Positions 1-12,492 of a stretch of DNA of 64,000 nucleotides are shown here, piece by piece. The DNA comes from Hormiphora californensis. Taxonomy: Eukaryota; Animalia; Ctenophora. The stretch spans positions 7,068,001 to 7,132,000 of the forward strand of contig CM035358.1 in the NCBI GenBank assembly GCA_020137815.1, in the 5' to 3' direction. Within the stretch, counting starts at the first letter, position 1; every line of letters starts with the position of its first letter. The notes beneath the pieces are model-generated. The model was not told the DNA's origin, made no database searches, and saw only the letters and a list, made by a program, of their open reading frames with translations. Both the position numbers and the translations under genes were made by a program.

Positions 1-336
1 TGTTCAGCTATGTACGTCACTAGACTCTCATGGATCCTATTGCTGAGAGATATTCCGTCCATCATTAGCAGAATGTCACCCTTCTGTAACCCTGCTTTGT
101 CTGCCACTGAGCCTGGCTTCACGTATAGGACCTCGGGCGGGCATTCCGCTTAATGGGAGAGAAGTTTTACAGATGAGTGGTACTCCAGCTATCAGCAAGT
201 TGTCAAATTTCATAGGGATATCATGAAAATTCCCAGGTTATAAAACTCAAAACCGAATCTTTGGGAGTGATCAGTACTTACAACATAGCGTGAAGCCGTA
301 CCAGGAATCCTTTCTGACTAAGGAAACCTTGAACAT
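1..336 (-). CDS. PDZ-domain protein, 5' part (RGS12/delphilin-type N-terminal PDZ); continues off the left edge
   Basis: Exons 336-282 and 148-1 joined by a GT-AG phase-1 intron give MFKVSLVRKDSWYGFTLCSECPPEVLYVKPGSVADKAGLQKGDILLMMDGISLSNRIHESLVTYIAE, with the PDZ R-x4-YGF, PGSxA and GLxxGD motifs. Absent from the ORF track. Confidence 0.85.
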
Positions 337-500
337 TCACCCTAACTAATCAAAGACGGGAAATGGGTGATCAGTGGATTGTTCTAAGAAAATTCATGGA
401 TGTATCAACTTGACTGTTCGCGATAGGCACAGCTGATTCAGCCACTCGAAAAAAAGTGGCTCGATCTGCTGCAGTGGCGCGAGAGGAGTCTCAAGCGTAT

Positions 501-1278
501 ACGGAAAACGTTAAAATCTGGGTGCCTTTCATTGCTAACATATCGTAGTTTTAGCGCGCGCGACGGGTTAGGGCTATCCGTTAGGGTCTGGTTAGGGTTT
601 GGTTTCGGGTTACCGGTTAGGGCTATCGATTCTCTATCAGTTACCGTTTAGTTTACTCAAATTGGCCATGTGGTTGCGTGGCTATAGCCGTTTGAAAAAA
701 GTCTGTCTAAGTATACTCTTTTGGCAGCGCGCACCTGTAAACACGCTGCAAGGCACCCAGATTATAATCGCGCCCAGCGTATACCAGGTAAAGTTTTACG
801 CATACCTTGTTGTTCATCAACACTCGGTAATATTTAAATCGGTAAATTTAATGCGTCAACAGGTGCACAGAACGGGGGAGACACGGAAAACGTTAAAATC
901 TGGGTGCCTTTCATTGCTAACAATTCGTAGTTTTGGCGCGTGCGACGGGTTAGGGCTATCCGTTAGGGTCTGGTTAGGGTTTGGTTTGGGGTTATCGATT
1001 AGGGCTATCGATTCTCTAACTGATACCGTTTAGTTTACTCAAATCGGCCATGTGGTTCCATGGCTATAGCCGTTTGAAAAAAGTCGGTCTAAGTATACTC
1101 TTTTGGTAGCGCGCACCTGTAAACAGGTTGCAAGGCACCCAGATTAAAGTGCGTTTCAAACGACTTGACCTGAGATTCCTGGAAATTCAGGATTTCCCCT
1201 TTATAAATACACGCGCAATGCGCCAAATTCCAAGAATTACGGGTCAAGTCGCTTGAAACGGACTTTATAATCGCGCCC
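501..1278. repeat. Tandem duplication (period ~382 bp) of a ~250-bp unit bounded by 14-bp inverted repeats, with degenerate TTAGGG motifs
   Basis: AATCTGGGTGCCTT...AAGGCACCCAGATT at 515-763 and 897-1145; internal ggttaggg variants. Confidence 0.8.
1147..1265. mobile_element. 119-bp TA-flanked MITE (Tc1/mariner-type)
   Basis: Imperfect TIRs AAGTGCGTTTCAAACGACTTGACC / GGTCAAGTCGCTTGAAACGGACTT with TA on both sides. Empty site in the first tandem copy (760-770); second copy at 50917-51035. Confidence 0.9.
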
Positions 1279-1466
1279 GGGAGACACCGCATTTTTTCAA
1301 AAAGTTAAAAATCGGTGCACCGATTTTTAACTTTTTGAAAAAATGCTTTTACTTTTTTGCTTTGCTTCATCAAAATTTTAAGTACAATTTGATGTAACGC
1401 GCGAAATATTTTGTCTGTGTGCTGCGAAAACGCGCGCGCAAGCATATTTGAATAAATCATGTTTTG

Positions 1467-2844
1467 AAATAAGGAACCATAATAAAGTTCAAGAGCCTCC
1501 AAGAGCACCCAAGAGCGCACTCGATCGAAGAGAGACCACACCTGAGAGCGCACCACACCCAAAAGAGACCACATCCAAGAGCGCACCACCTCCAGAAGAC
1601 ACCACTTCAAGAGCGCACCACATCAAAGAGTACGGTGGCAGATTCCGGCCAAGAGTTTTTTCAATCAAGTGAAATATTTTTGTTTGAAGTTTTATAAAAA
1701 TTTTATTTCAAAATAAAAATAAACATCTCGTTAAAATTATTGGCCGGAATCTGCCACGCGAGAGGCAGATCTCGGCCAAGATTCTAAAAAAACCTTGGCC
1801 AGAATCTGCCAACCACGTGGCAGATTCCGGCCAACAAACTGAAACTTACTTATATCAAAGCGAAAACCGCTGTACCCGACTAATTTTGATACACTGAATC
1901 ACGTGAGCAACTTTTTCAATCCCTCGGAGGTCGGGATAGTGTCCTAATTGAGCATAATAGGGTCTAATTGACCTCAATTACAACTTTTTACCTGGAAACG
2001 ATAGACGCTTATGTGAAGGCACTTTTCCGACTAATTTTGATACGCTGAATCACGTAAGCTATTTTTCAAAGCGCCCCGAGGTCGGGAAGGTGCCCTAATT
2101 GAGCAATTAAGGCCAATTAGACCCAATTAAACTCAATTAGGGAAATTCCCGACCTCGGAGGGCTTGGAAAAGTTGCTTACGTGATTCAGCGTATCAAAAT
2201 TAGTCGGAAAAGTGCTTTCACATAAGCGTCTTTCGTTTTAAGGTGAAAAGTTGTAAGTGGGGTCAATTAGACCCAATTATGGTCAATTATGACACTTTCC
2301 CGACCTCTGAGGGATTGGAAAAGTATCTTACGTGATTCAGCGTATCAAAATTAGTCGGGTACAGTGGTTTTCGCTTTGATATAAATAAGTATTAGTTGGT
2401 TGGCCAGAATCTGCCACGTGGGTGGCAGATTCTGGCCAAGGTTTTTTTGAGAATCTTGGCCAGAATCTGCCACCCGCGTGGCAGATTCCGGCCAATAATT
2501 TTAACGACATGTTTATTTTCATTTTGAAATAAAATTTTTATAAAACTTCAAACAAAAACATTCCACTTGATAGAAAAAAATACTTGGCCGGAATCTGCCA
2601 CCGTAAAAGAGAGCTCCCCATCCAGAAGATACCACGCGCAGGGGACACCACGCGCAGAAGAGACCAGCGCGGCGTTGTATTTGCGCGTGCGGTCTCTTCT
2701 GCGCGTGGTGTCCCCTGTACTGCGCGCGGTATCTTCTGGATGGGGAGCTCTTTTTGATGTGGTGCGCTCTTGGAGTGGTGTCTTTTGGAGGTGGTGCGCT
2801 CTTGGGTGGGGTGCGCTCTTGAACTTTATTATGGTTCCTTATTT
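1467..2844. mobile_element. Foldback element with GAGCGCACCAC subrepeats, hosting a nested MITE
   Basis: AAATAAGGAACCATAATAAAGTTCAAGAGC at 1467 is inverted at ~2815-2844. Confidence 0.75.
1633..2603. mobile_element. ~970-bp palindromic TA-flanked MITE
   Basis: TA|CGGTGGCAGATTCCGGCCAAG...CTTGGCCGGAATCTGCCACCG|TA; arms inverted nearly to the centre (~2115). Confidence 0.85.
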
Positions 2845-3304
2845 TCCTCAAAAAACCCAATTTTGCTCAAGTTTTTTTTCCTACTTTTGCTTTTGCCTTT
2901 TGGCAGCCTCTGAGCGCTCGCCTCTCTCTTCTGAACCTCCAAATTCGCAGAAAAAGGCTTTAGCAAAAACAATGGTCTGAGGCTTGAGCAGATTCCCAAG
3001 CTTAAACGAAAACTCAAGCAACAATAGCCCTCACTTGGGGGTTGTGAAACTTCCCACGGTCATTGCTCCACCCTCTGATGAGACAGAGACGTTAGGTAGA
3101 TAATGTCAAATTCTTCCTAGCCTCAAAATTTCAAGTCTCTATCTCATCAGTGGGCTAGCCACTTTCTTTGTTGTGTGGCATGTGCTGCAATCCCCACATG
3201 AAACTTTAGAAGGGCCTCCAGGCTCCAGGGGTTCTTTCATGCGGTCGGGGCGTGTATGTTAAGTGTGATTCAATGTATATGTATTATATTTAAATTCTAA
3301 TTTA

Positions 3305-3902
3305 CTAGTAGGCCCGTTCGCCCTACGGGCGAATTTCGGGGAAATAAAAGCTGGATTAGGGAACGCTGACATCACCTGCACCATCCGTTCCTAGCCTATC
3401 TCTCACTTTTTCCCTACTCATGTTGGTGTACGCTCTGGGCTGCCTGACAATGTCGAGGTGCGAATTTAAGAGATCAATGTCATGGAGGTGCAGTGCTGTT
3501 CCAGAAACTCATCACGTGAAAACTTGGCCGCTATGTAGCCGATTTGGAGATTTCTATATTCGACTGGAGTAATCACCCTTGGGCGACTTTGGGTAAAGCT
3601 ATCCGTAGTCGTTGATTGGCTCGCTTGAACACGTTGGCGTAATCTGTCATATTCTCTAGCCTGCTCCCTGACAGCAGCAGTTCTCCTGGACCTAGATAAA
3701 CGTTGCCGAATAGCACTTTGGGTGGAAGAGCTAGACATCAGGACAGAAGTAAAAGAATGCACGTGCAGAATTGAATTTCCCCTTGGTACCCAACTGCAAC
3801 TGGGAGAGAGGTCTCCACTCTCCAGGTCCCTCTAATAATTGCACGTGCAAGTGTAGTTGCTAGGTGACCTCCGTTACACAATTTGCTTAGTAAGTAGTAT
3901 GA
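3305..3902 (-). mobile_element. 598-bp non-autonomous Helitron (family A)
   Basis: Minus strand A|TCATACTACTTAC...GCCCGTAGGGCGAACGGGCCTACTAG|T: 5' TC, subterminal GC hairpin, 3' CTAG, no TSD. Same-length copy at 63016-63613. Confidence 0.9.
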
Positions 3903-4031
3903 TTATTAATTCAATTATTGAATAAATACATTCATGCGGTGATGAAATCATCCAGCTCCGATTTCGTGTATGACTTTGTCTTGCGTCTGCGGTCTGACTA
4001 TTATAATGGTTGACCACTGATTTAGGTCATC

Positions 4032-6036
4032 ATGAGAATCGATGCGTTCGAGCTGCACTTGGACGCCCCACAACCCGTTTACTATGCAGGTCAACTGATC
4101 ACAGGGAAAGTACACCTGGTACTTCGAGATGAACTTGATTTTCGAGTCATACAACTGAAACTCAATGGTACAGCGAACGTAAGTCAGCAGTGATCATATT
4201 TGTTTTAGAAAACTAATGATAGTTATGAATCTCGTTGACGCCCTACATTACAGGTTCATTGGTCAGAATCGCGAGGTTCAGGGGATAATAGACGCACAGT
4301 TCACTACCGTAACTCTGAGGTATACCTTGATATTCATCTGAATCTATGTGGAACTGGAGATAAGACTTCACTGCAAGCAGGGGTTCACGATTTCCCCTTC
4401 TCAATAACTCTTCCAATCAATTTGCCGTCGACATTTGTTGGAGATTTCGGTAATAATGATATGTTTGTATTGTAAGATCAAGCTTAGATCATGATAACTA
4501 TTTTCCGTTGACTAAATACAGCATTTACACGCATACAAATATACGTATCTGTATCAATGTGTACATAATATACATCACGTTGGCTAGTTAGACTGTTTTT
4601 TTTGCCACTATTATTGTTATTCGCTAGGTATTAGCTACAACACACATTTATTAACTCATATTATATAACTATTTCACATTTGTCTCTCATGTCAATTTCA
4701 ACCATACTTCAGGACGAGTGGTATATGTACTATCTGCTAAAATTGATAGGCCATGGAAGAGAGATGAGCATGTTAAAACGTATCTTACCATTCTATCCGT
4801 TTACGATCTGAATCTTCAGCCAGGTATGGTTGGAAGTTGTATGTAGTTTTATATTTCTCACGATACGTCAACGATAATGATAGTTCAGTGGTTATAAAAT
4901 GATAAATTGGCTTTCTTTGAATTATCTCAGAACCAATCAATTATTATATCTGATTGATTCATTTATATCGATCGAGATTTACAGAAAACTGTACAATTAC
5001 CATTCTCAATTACTTATCCTGTAAATACTGTTACCTAGATCGCTATCTATCATTAATTAATGATCATAGCTCTAACTAACTATCTTTTTTATCTCCCCAT
5101 CTTTCTCCTTAGATATCTTTCTATCGAGAGATACCTATCTTTCTATCCTTTTTCCCACAACAACATTGCTAATCACTATTTTACCAATCATTCGATCACA
5201 CTGATTCATCAAGGGGAAAGGTTGAGGAGTTGGAAAGACAACTTTATTGTAGTGACAGAATGTTTCTAGCACAGTTACCATGGCAACTTGATTCTAACAC
5301 AGTTACCATGGCAACAAGCTAGCACACTGGAGTATAACCATAATTAATTTCAGATGCTCTAACTCCCGCTGGAAATAAAAGTACCAAAACGTTTGGATGT
5401 CTGTGTTGTAAAACTGGACCCTTGAACGCCTCACTCTCCCTCCCAAAAACTGGCTATGTGTGTGGGGAGACTATCTACTTCAGCGCTGAGATCGAGAATC
5501 TCTCCAACAAAGTAATGACATCATCTTCCATCTCACTGATTGAGCACGATGTTTACTACTCAGTGGGTGGGAGGCAGAAACAAGTCACTCGGGTTGTTCT
5601 CTCTCACAAACAGCCGCAGATAGCTCCTGGTGGTAGTTTTACTTGGGCTAATGTTGGATTACAAATACCGCCCCTGCCTCCCTCTGCTCTAATCCACTGC
5701 AATATAATTCACATCTACTACACCGTCGTTCTAACGGTTGATCCCTCCGGAATTGGGTTTGATTTGGATGTCCCGGTAAACATTGTAATTGGTACCATCC
5801 CTCTGAGGCAACAGTACCAACACATAGCTGCTGCCCCTAATGGGGCTATCCCGGGTGGCCCGGGCCCATCTGCACCACCACCCGCAGAGGGAGGTGATGC
5901 CCTTCCACCGCCTCCACCACCTAGTTACAATGAGGTGATACACGGTAAAACACAAATGGGCGGGGAGGAGGGCGAGGGAGGCGAGAAAAGTGGAGATTGG
6001 TTCGCTCCTCAGTACCCAACGTACAATTTCCAATGA
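4032..6036 (+). CDS. Alpha-arrestin (ARRDC-like), copy 1
   Basis: Exons 4032-4178, 4254-4449, 4713-4823, 5354-6036 are phase-consistent. Motifs VYYAGQ..G, HDFPFSITLP, IDRPWK, LPKTGYVCGE, IGTIPL and a C-terminal PPPSY (PY motif). Confidence 0.93.
5274..5315. promoter_or_regulatory. Two RFX X-box motifs in arrestin-1 intron 3
   Basis: GTTACCATGGCAAC at 5274-5287 and 5302-5315; the same 14-mer is at 9260-9273 in the paralogous intron. Confidence 0.5.
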
Positions 6037-6486
6037 ATGGGAGAGGATGTACACTCCTTGGCATGATTGTATACAATAGGTGGAAATGACATTTGAGATG
6101 GAAATGATATGAAATGATATGGATTTGATATGGATGCACAGTTTATAGAGACATAAACGCATGTGCTGTGGACTTGAGAGGTGTAGTAGACAGATGGTAG
6201 AGATAGACAACATACAGATCTGTTCAACAGATATATTTGATAAACATTTTGTGAGAGCCACGTTTCCCATATATGGGAACTGAACTACTGTCTTTTATTG
6301 GGTGTATAAAAACTCCAAATTGGAGATGAAGCTGTTATAAATAATACTATTATGTGTAACTAATTAATAATAGCCAGATCTTGACGCTTTTTTTCTGTAA
6401 GAATTGGAATTTGTAGTGTTTCTTCTTTTCAATATATTTCATAAACACTGTGTATCAATCTCTCTACATTATCAAAAGAGTTTATA

Positions 6487-6593
6487 TAGTCGGACCCCGG
6501 TTTACCATTTTACCGGACGCGATATAACGGGCAACCCGATTTACCGGGCAAACCCCTTTCCCCTGAGCATCCTGGTAAATCGGGGTCCGACTG
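6487..6593. mobile_element. ~107-bp TA-flanked MITE
   Basis: TIR AGTCGGACCCCG.TTTACC / GGTAAATCGGGGTCCGACT; shorter relative at ~15979-16049. Confidence 0.75.
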
Positions 6594-7717
6594 TACTCGA
6601 TTTTTACTTGGCTTAACATGGTAATACAAATGCAGTTATTGAAAATTGGGGTACTGTTCCCCACGGTCAATTAAAATAGATGCAAACTCGAGTATAGAAC
6701 AGGTGTCACTCAGGTGTGGAAGTGAAATTTGATATGAATCACAGTTTCTAGGCGACCTCCATCAACAGATATTTGATACGAATTTTGTGTGAGCCACGTT
6801 TCCCTTCACGTCTTCTATATATATGCTGTGTTGTAAGTTGTGTTCTCTCTTCTTTGCATTTATAAAAGAGCCGGGTCGAACAAGGCAAATACTGTGTTCT
6901 ATCGCCTATCGGGTGTATAAATCACAAACAACTCGGCCTGCGAAAGAGAGGGATCACCTCTGTTCATCAGTGTTCTGTACCATGCTTTGTTGCTCAATAA
7001 CTTCCTGTAGAACTCTTGCAGATTGTAGAAGATATCAACTGCAGAATTTGGACCGGTCTCACAGTTAAAACTCCTACAGATTGTAGGAGGTAGGAGGTAG
7101 CAACTTGAAACTTGCTCAGGGATGGTTTTATAGTGCACGATAAATTGTGAATTGCTTGCCAAAAACACGGAACGTTCCTTATTGCATGCTTCCCAGGCAC
7201 ATTGATATGCTTTCGAGTTGTTGTTGTTGTTGTTATTTGTGAGAAGTGATCTAGGATATATATTATAAGGACGCTTTCAGGTTGGTAACGAAGTCACCAT
7301 AGCTTGCTCGGAGGGGTAATTTCATTACCAAGCTTTTAGAGACGTAGCAGCGTAGTGGGGGATGGCATAAGACATTAATTCTGCCTATCGTGTCTTGTAA
7401 ACTTTCCAGGATATATCTTGGACCATTTTGGTTGTTGTTCCATTGGTTATACTATATTAGATGCTATTTAGATGCTAATTAGGTACTTCCCTAAATGTAT
7501 CATGGTCTAGGCCGTATACACTCAACTTCCGTTAATACCTCATGTTTTGTCTTTACATTGGTCTTCCTTCTATCTCTCTCTATCTGTATCTCTCTATATT
7601 TTTCTCTCACCCTCTCTTTCTACCTTCTCATCTCTCTTGTTGTACGTGTGTAAGTTGTGCTTGTTTGGCCAAAGTAAATAATATCAAACTCTATGGGGTA
7701 CACCAACTGGCATGGTG

Positions 7718-8075
7718 TGTTGCTATTGTTGCTATGAGAACCTTTTAGTGTTGCTATTGTTGCTATTAGAACCTTTTAAAATATTTTAGTGTTGCTATTT
7801 TTGCTATTTGAACCTTTTAGAACCTTTTAGTGTTGCTATTTTTGCTATTTGAACCTTTTAGAACCTTTTAGTGTTGCTATTGTTGCTATTAGAACCTTTT
7901 AAAATATTTTAGTGTTGCTATTTTTGCTATTTGAACCTTTTAGAACCTTTTAGTGTTGCTATTGTTGCTATTAGAACCTTTTAGAACCTTTTAGTGTTGC
8001 TATTGTTGCTATTAGAACCTTTTAGAACCTTTTAGTGTTGCTATTTTTGCTATTAGAACCTTTTAGAACCTTTTA
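7718..8075. repeat. Minisatellite (AGTGTTGCTATTGTTGCTATTAGAACCTTTTAGAACCTTTT variants)
   Basis: About 8-9 degenerate 31-41-bp units ending ~120 bp upstream of the arrestin-2 ATG. Confidence 0.9.
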
Positions 8076-8195
8076 GAGATCTTTTTCGCTGGCCTAGTTT
8101 GTCCTTAGCTTTTCCTATTTTGCAAGTGAGTGTGAATTGTTAATGCTTTCTTCCTTTCGTGACACATTGTTAGTAATTCCATAGGGAATAATAAT

Positions 8196-10007
8196 ATGCG
8201 AATTGAGAAGTTTACGATACTATTGGATGCTGCCCAGCCTATTTACTACGCTGGTCAGGTTGTTTCTGGAAGAGTCCGACTTGAATTGAAGGATTCTCTG
8301 GACTTTCGAGCAATCAAACTTAAACTAAAAGGTCATGCGAGTGTAAGTTTAATATGGAAATGCAAGTTTGACATAATATATATCTTGTTAATTGACAAAA
8401 TTATTATTAGTTTTTTCCTTAGGCATTTTGGACTGACATGGTTGGGCATGGGGATAACCGACGTAGGGAGACCTTTCGAAATTACGAAAAGTACCTAGAC
8501 ATTTCACACAATTTATATGGAGATGGAGAGAAGACATCCCTTGATCAAGGCGACCATGAATTCCCGTTCTCCATAACGCTCCCACCCAATCTACCCTTCA
8601 ACCTTTGTCGGACGACATGGTATGTATCAGTGGCACTACAAAACTGGTTTTTCTTGTCAGAACCTTTCTCAGTTTCTCCGGTAGGCAGTTTAGTACTGTA
8701 ACCCCGCCCGCTTCTGGGATCGAATCTTGGTCTAGGAGTCTAACAATTGGTATATAATAAAGCTCGGTCAAAAGCACTAAACAGGCAGTACAACCTAAGT
8801 AGCTCGTCTTCTAAATCACAGTGACCCTCATAGGAAGTGTTACATACAAGCTTTCTGCTAAAATTGATCGTCCATGGAAGACGGACGAGCATACCAAAAT
8901 GTATCTAACCATTCTATCCGTTTACGATCTGAATCTTCAACCTGGTAAGAGATCTTGTAATATTGATTTGCTAAGGTGAAACCGAAACAACAACGAACTG
9001 GCTGCGCTTTGTGCAACGTTGGACATGTGAATCTCACCGGTTCTAAGCCAGTTTGTTGTTGTTTCGCATTCACATTAACAGGAATTATATTTCTATCACC
9101 ATTTAGACTTTGATTTTGAGTAACAATGGAGTACTGTCTGGTGCCACCAGATCCCGTTTCGATTCTATTTTCTAAAAACCTGAGCGTTCGGCAGTGCACT
9201 CAGATCGGGTCGGTGCAGACAAGAGATCAACTACATGATTGGAAGTTATTTAGACCCCAGTTACCATGGCAACACACGTGATTCTACTAAAGTTATAACT
9301 TTTCAGGTGCTTTAACACCAATTGCGAACCAAGGAACGAAAACCTTTGGATGTTGCTGCTGTAAAACTGGTCCCCTGAACGTCTCACTCTCCCTCCCAAA
9401 AACTGGCTATGTGTGTGGGGAGAATATCTACTTTAGTGCTGAGATCGAGAATCTCTCCAACAAAGTGATGACAAAATCTACCATATCCCTGGTTGAACAC
9501 GAGAAATATACTGCGCGTCCGCGTGACGCTCGAGTGGGGAGACGTAGGTTCAAAAATGTATACCACACGGTTGTTTCCCACACTCAACCGAAAATTGAAC
9601 CCGGTGAAACTTTCACTTGGAACAACGTGGCGTTACAAATCCCTCCTCTCCCTCCCTCCGATCTTATCTACTGTAATATAATCGAGGTGAACTACAGAGT
9701 GGTTCTATCGGTTGATCCTTCCGGTGTTGGGCTTGACCTGGATGTCCCGGTTAACATTATTATCGGTACCATCCCTCTGAGACAACAGTACCAGTATATC
9801 ATTCCTGCACCATCTGCTGATGTCTATCCTACATTGGGAGAGGATGCAGCAATGCCACCACCACCCAGCTACAATGAGGTTGTCCACGGTAAAACAGAGA
9901 TAGCTGCTGGAGAGGATGATTCGGATGGAGAGGAGGGAGGTGGTGATAAGATGTTTGCCCCGTACTATCCCACGTACAACTTTGAGAAGGACTCTAAGGC
10001 TATTTAA
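8196..10007 (+). CDS. Alpha-arrestin (ARRDC-like), copy 2; apparent +1 frameshift in exon 2
   Basis: Exons 8196-8342, 8423-8619, 8834-8944, 9307-10007 share intron positions with copy 1. Exon 2 is 197 nt versus 196. PPPSY motif retained. Confidence 0.88.
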
Positions 10008-11537
10008 AGCATGATTACTAATTAGATAGGTATTATTCTTGTAGTAGGTAGATTCTCGCTCGGGTGGAATGCTGGAGGCCTTCAGCTAAGTATTTTTCTC
10101 TCATATTTCTCTGTGGTTATTTTATTGGTATGGATAGTATATGATCTGTGTGTAATGTGTATGTGTGTCTAGGTATATTATATTAGATGAGTATATTTTT
10201 ATTATTTCTTAACCTAACAACCAAACTTACTAGTTTAATGAACCAAGAATTTACCTTTAATTAAATAATGTAGTAGGAAGGGATTGTAAGGTGGGAAACT
10301 TGATATCAATTGAGAGAAGGAGAAGATGTAGAGAGGCCTAACCTATTTTGCTCTGAGCAGCACATGAATTCTTAGTATTTTAAAGTTTGATTCGCATTTC
10401 TGCAATCTGTTATAGGTAAGTCGTAGGAGGTAGTCTATTGTTAATTGGCTTCTTTAGAATTGCTTGTTACACCGAAAACTATCGGCACCTCTGCGACTGC
10501 AACTTCCTAAATTTAGCCGCGTTTTTTCTATGGCATCTTGTTTCATAGCTATCACTTTCTTCTCTTTTTTATATTTAAACTGATGAGAGTACGGCGGGTG
10601 TGGTCTACTATGAGCTGATTCACAATGTGTGTATTGGCCTCTTTTCTACGATTGGGAAGCAATTCATCTCAAGCCTAAGCAGGAAAAAAGAGCGAGAGCT
10701 AGGGTGTTATAATCGAGGGTTGAAGGATTCTGAGGACTGAGTTAGAAGAAAGATTGTAAGAATTGAAGGATTGTCACAGCTCACCACACTGATTGTTTTC
10801 TACACCTGTGTGTTTACAATTGCAATATCCACAAGCAATGAATGACCAATTGCAATGTCCATGCATGCATAAATTGGAGGAGAGTATTGTACACATGTGT
10901 GCTGAGTGTGTGTGAGTTCGCTAGAGTAGAAGCAGCAATATAACGATTTTAAAACATTCAAAGTATAAATACACAGGACATGTATATGTGCTCGAGTCAT
11001 GTATGCACTATGATTGGCTGCTGCAATATATAATCTCTCTCATGTGTAGTGTGGAGGAGTGCCTGTAAGAGCATGACCACTTTTTAACGTGGAGTGTTAC
11101 TCTTTTATCCTTACACGTGCCCATCTTTACGCTTTATAGTGCATGCAGTATTGTATTATATATGAGCAATTGGGTATTCTATGTTTTGTGCGATCTCATT
11201 CAGAAACCGTAGCTACCTAACGTAATTTACTACTGTTGTGTCGTTGTGTCTATTCGACGTGAGACTTGAGACTAACTTTATTATACTACGAACAAAACAT
11301 ACTATTGTGTGCATGTGTGCTTGAAATTAGCTATATATATTAATAATATCTTTTGAGGGAGAGAAAGAGACAGTGAGAAAGTGTGAGAAAAATAAGGAAA
11401 CAGACTGAGAAAATGGAGGATTTCGAAGGTGAATTATAAAAATATCGAATGAACAAAGGGTATTATACCCTGATGAGGGTCGCTCAAGGCAAGCTGCTAC
11501 ACTCTCCTATGGGCTTGGATTAATAATGTGTTTGTGT

Positions 11538-11637
11538 CGCCTAGATACCGCGTGTGTTGCCTAGATACCGCGTGTGTTGCCTAGATACCGCGTGTGTTGC
11601 CTAGATACCGCGTGTGTTGCCTAGATACCGCATGTGT
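11538..11637. repeat. 20-bp tandem repeat
   Basis: GCCTAGATACCGCGTGTGTT x ~5. Confidence 0.9.
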
Positions 11638-12492
11638 CTCTGATTCTCTTTCCTAGAAGAAGCTAGGGGTGTATGTACATATATAGAAACATTGTGAATA
11701 TGGCCAAGAGCGACATCAAGCAGTGAGGGAGAGAGAGAGGAGAAAATATGTGTTCAGAAAGAAATTATACGTAACAGAAGCAGTCATACATAAAATCATG
11801 ATAAGAATAAATGTACTTTGTTAGCGATTTATTAGTGCTTTTATGCCCGAGTTTTTATTTAAATCCCAAATATCCAAGCTGAAGCATTCCGGCCCTTTCA
11901 ACACAATCAAATATCTTTACAAGATACATTCTCTCCCAGTAGTCCCTGTGTAAACTGTAACCCCAGTTATCATTGTACCCCGTTCTCATTGTATAATTGA
12001 ACCTAATAACACCTTCTTCCCACATTATAGGATGCAAGAACGAGTCCACATCCTAAAGTTTCCAGGCCAGGGAGGGAACGTCAACAAGCAACATTGCAGC
12101 TCCTCCCTACAACACAATAAACCCATACCCCTGTTCAAAACGAGACGGGTGACGTCATCGCAAGCGTGGTGTGACGTCATCGCAGCGTGGTGTGACATCA
12201 CTCTCTGCACCACCTCCAGCTACCACCGCTTCTTCTTCAGCCGTCAGACAGCCCTTCAAAGCAGATACCCCTGGCCATCACTGTCAAACGAAGGGTAAGT
12301 GATCTGATTATTATAGCTGGGTGTGTTGTTTTGTTTCGGGGTGCAGAGAGGGAGGGTTGGTTGGTGAGAGTCGTTGGTGCTATTGCAGCCTTGTTAGGGA
12401 CTGACGATTGACCACGAAAGGCTGCAGAGAGCGAGGGTTGAAAATGGTACTGGTCATGGTACCATGGTCAGTGAGGGTTGGTAGTTGGTATC

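Noticed and set aside
560-1005. Telomere or telomere-fusion site
   Set aside because: TTAGGG units are few, degenerate and embedded in a duplicated unit.
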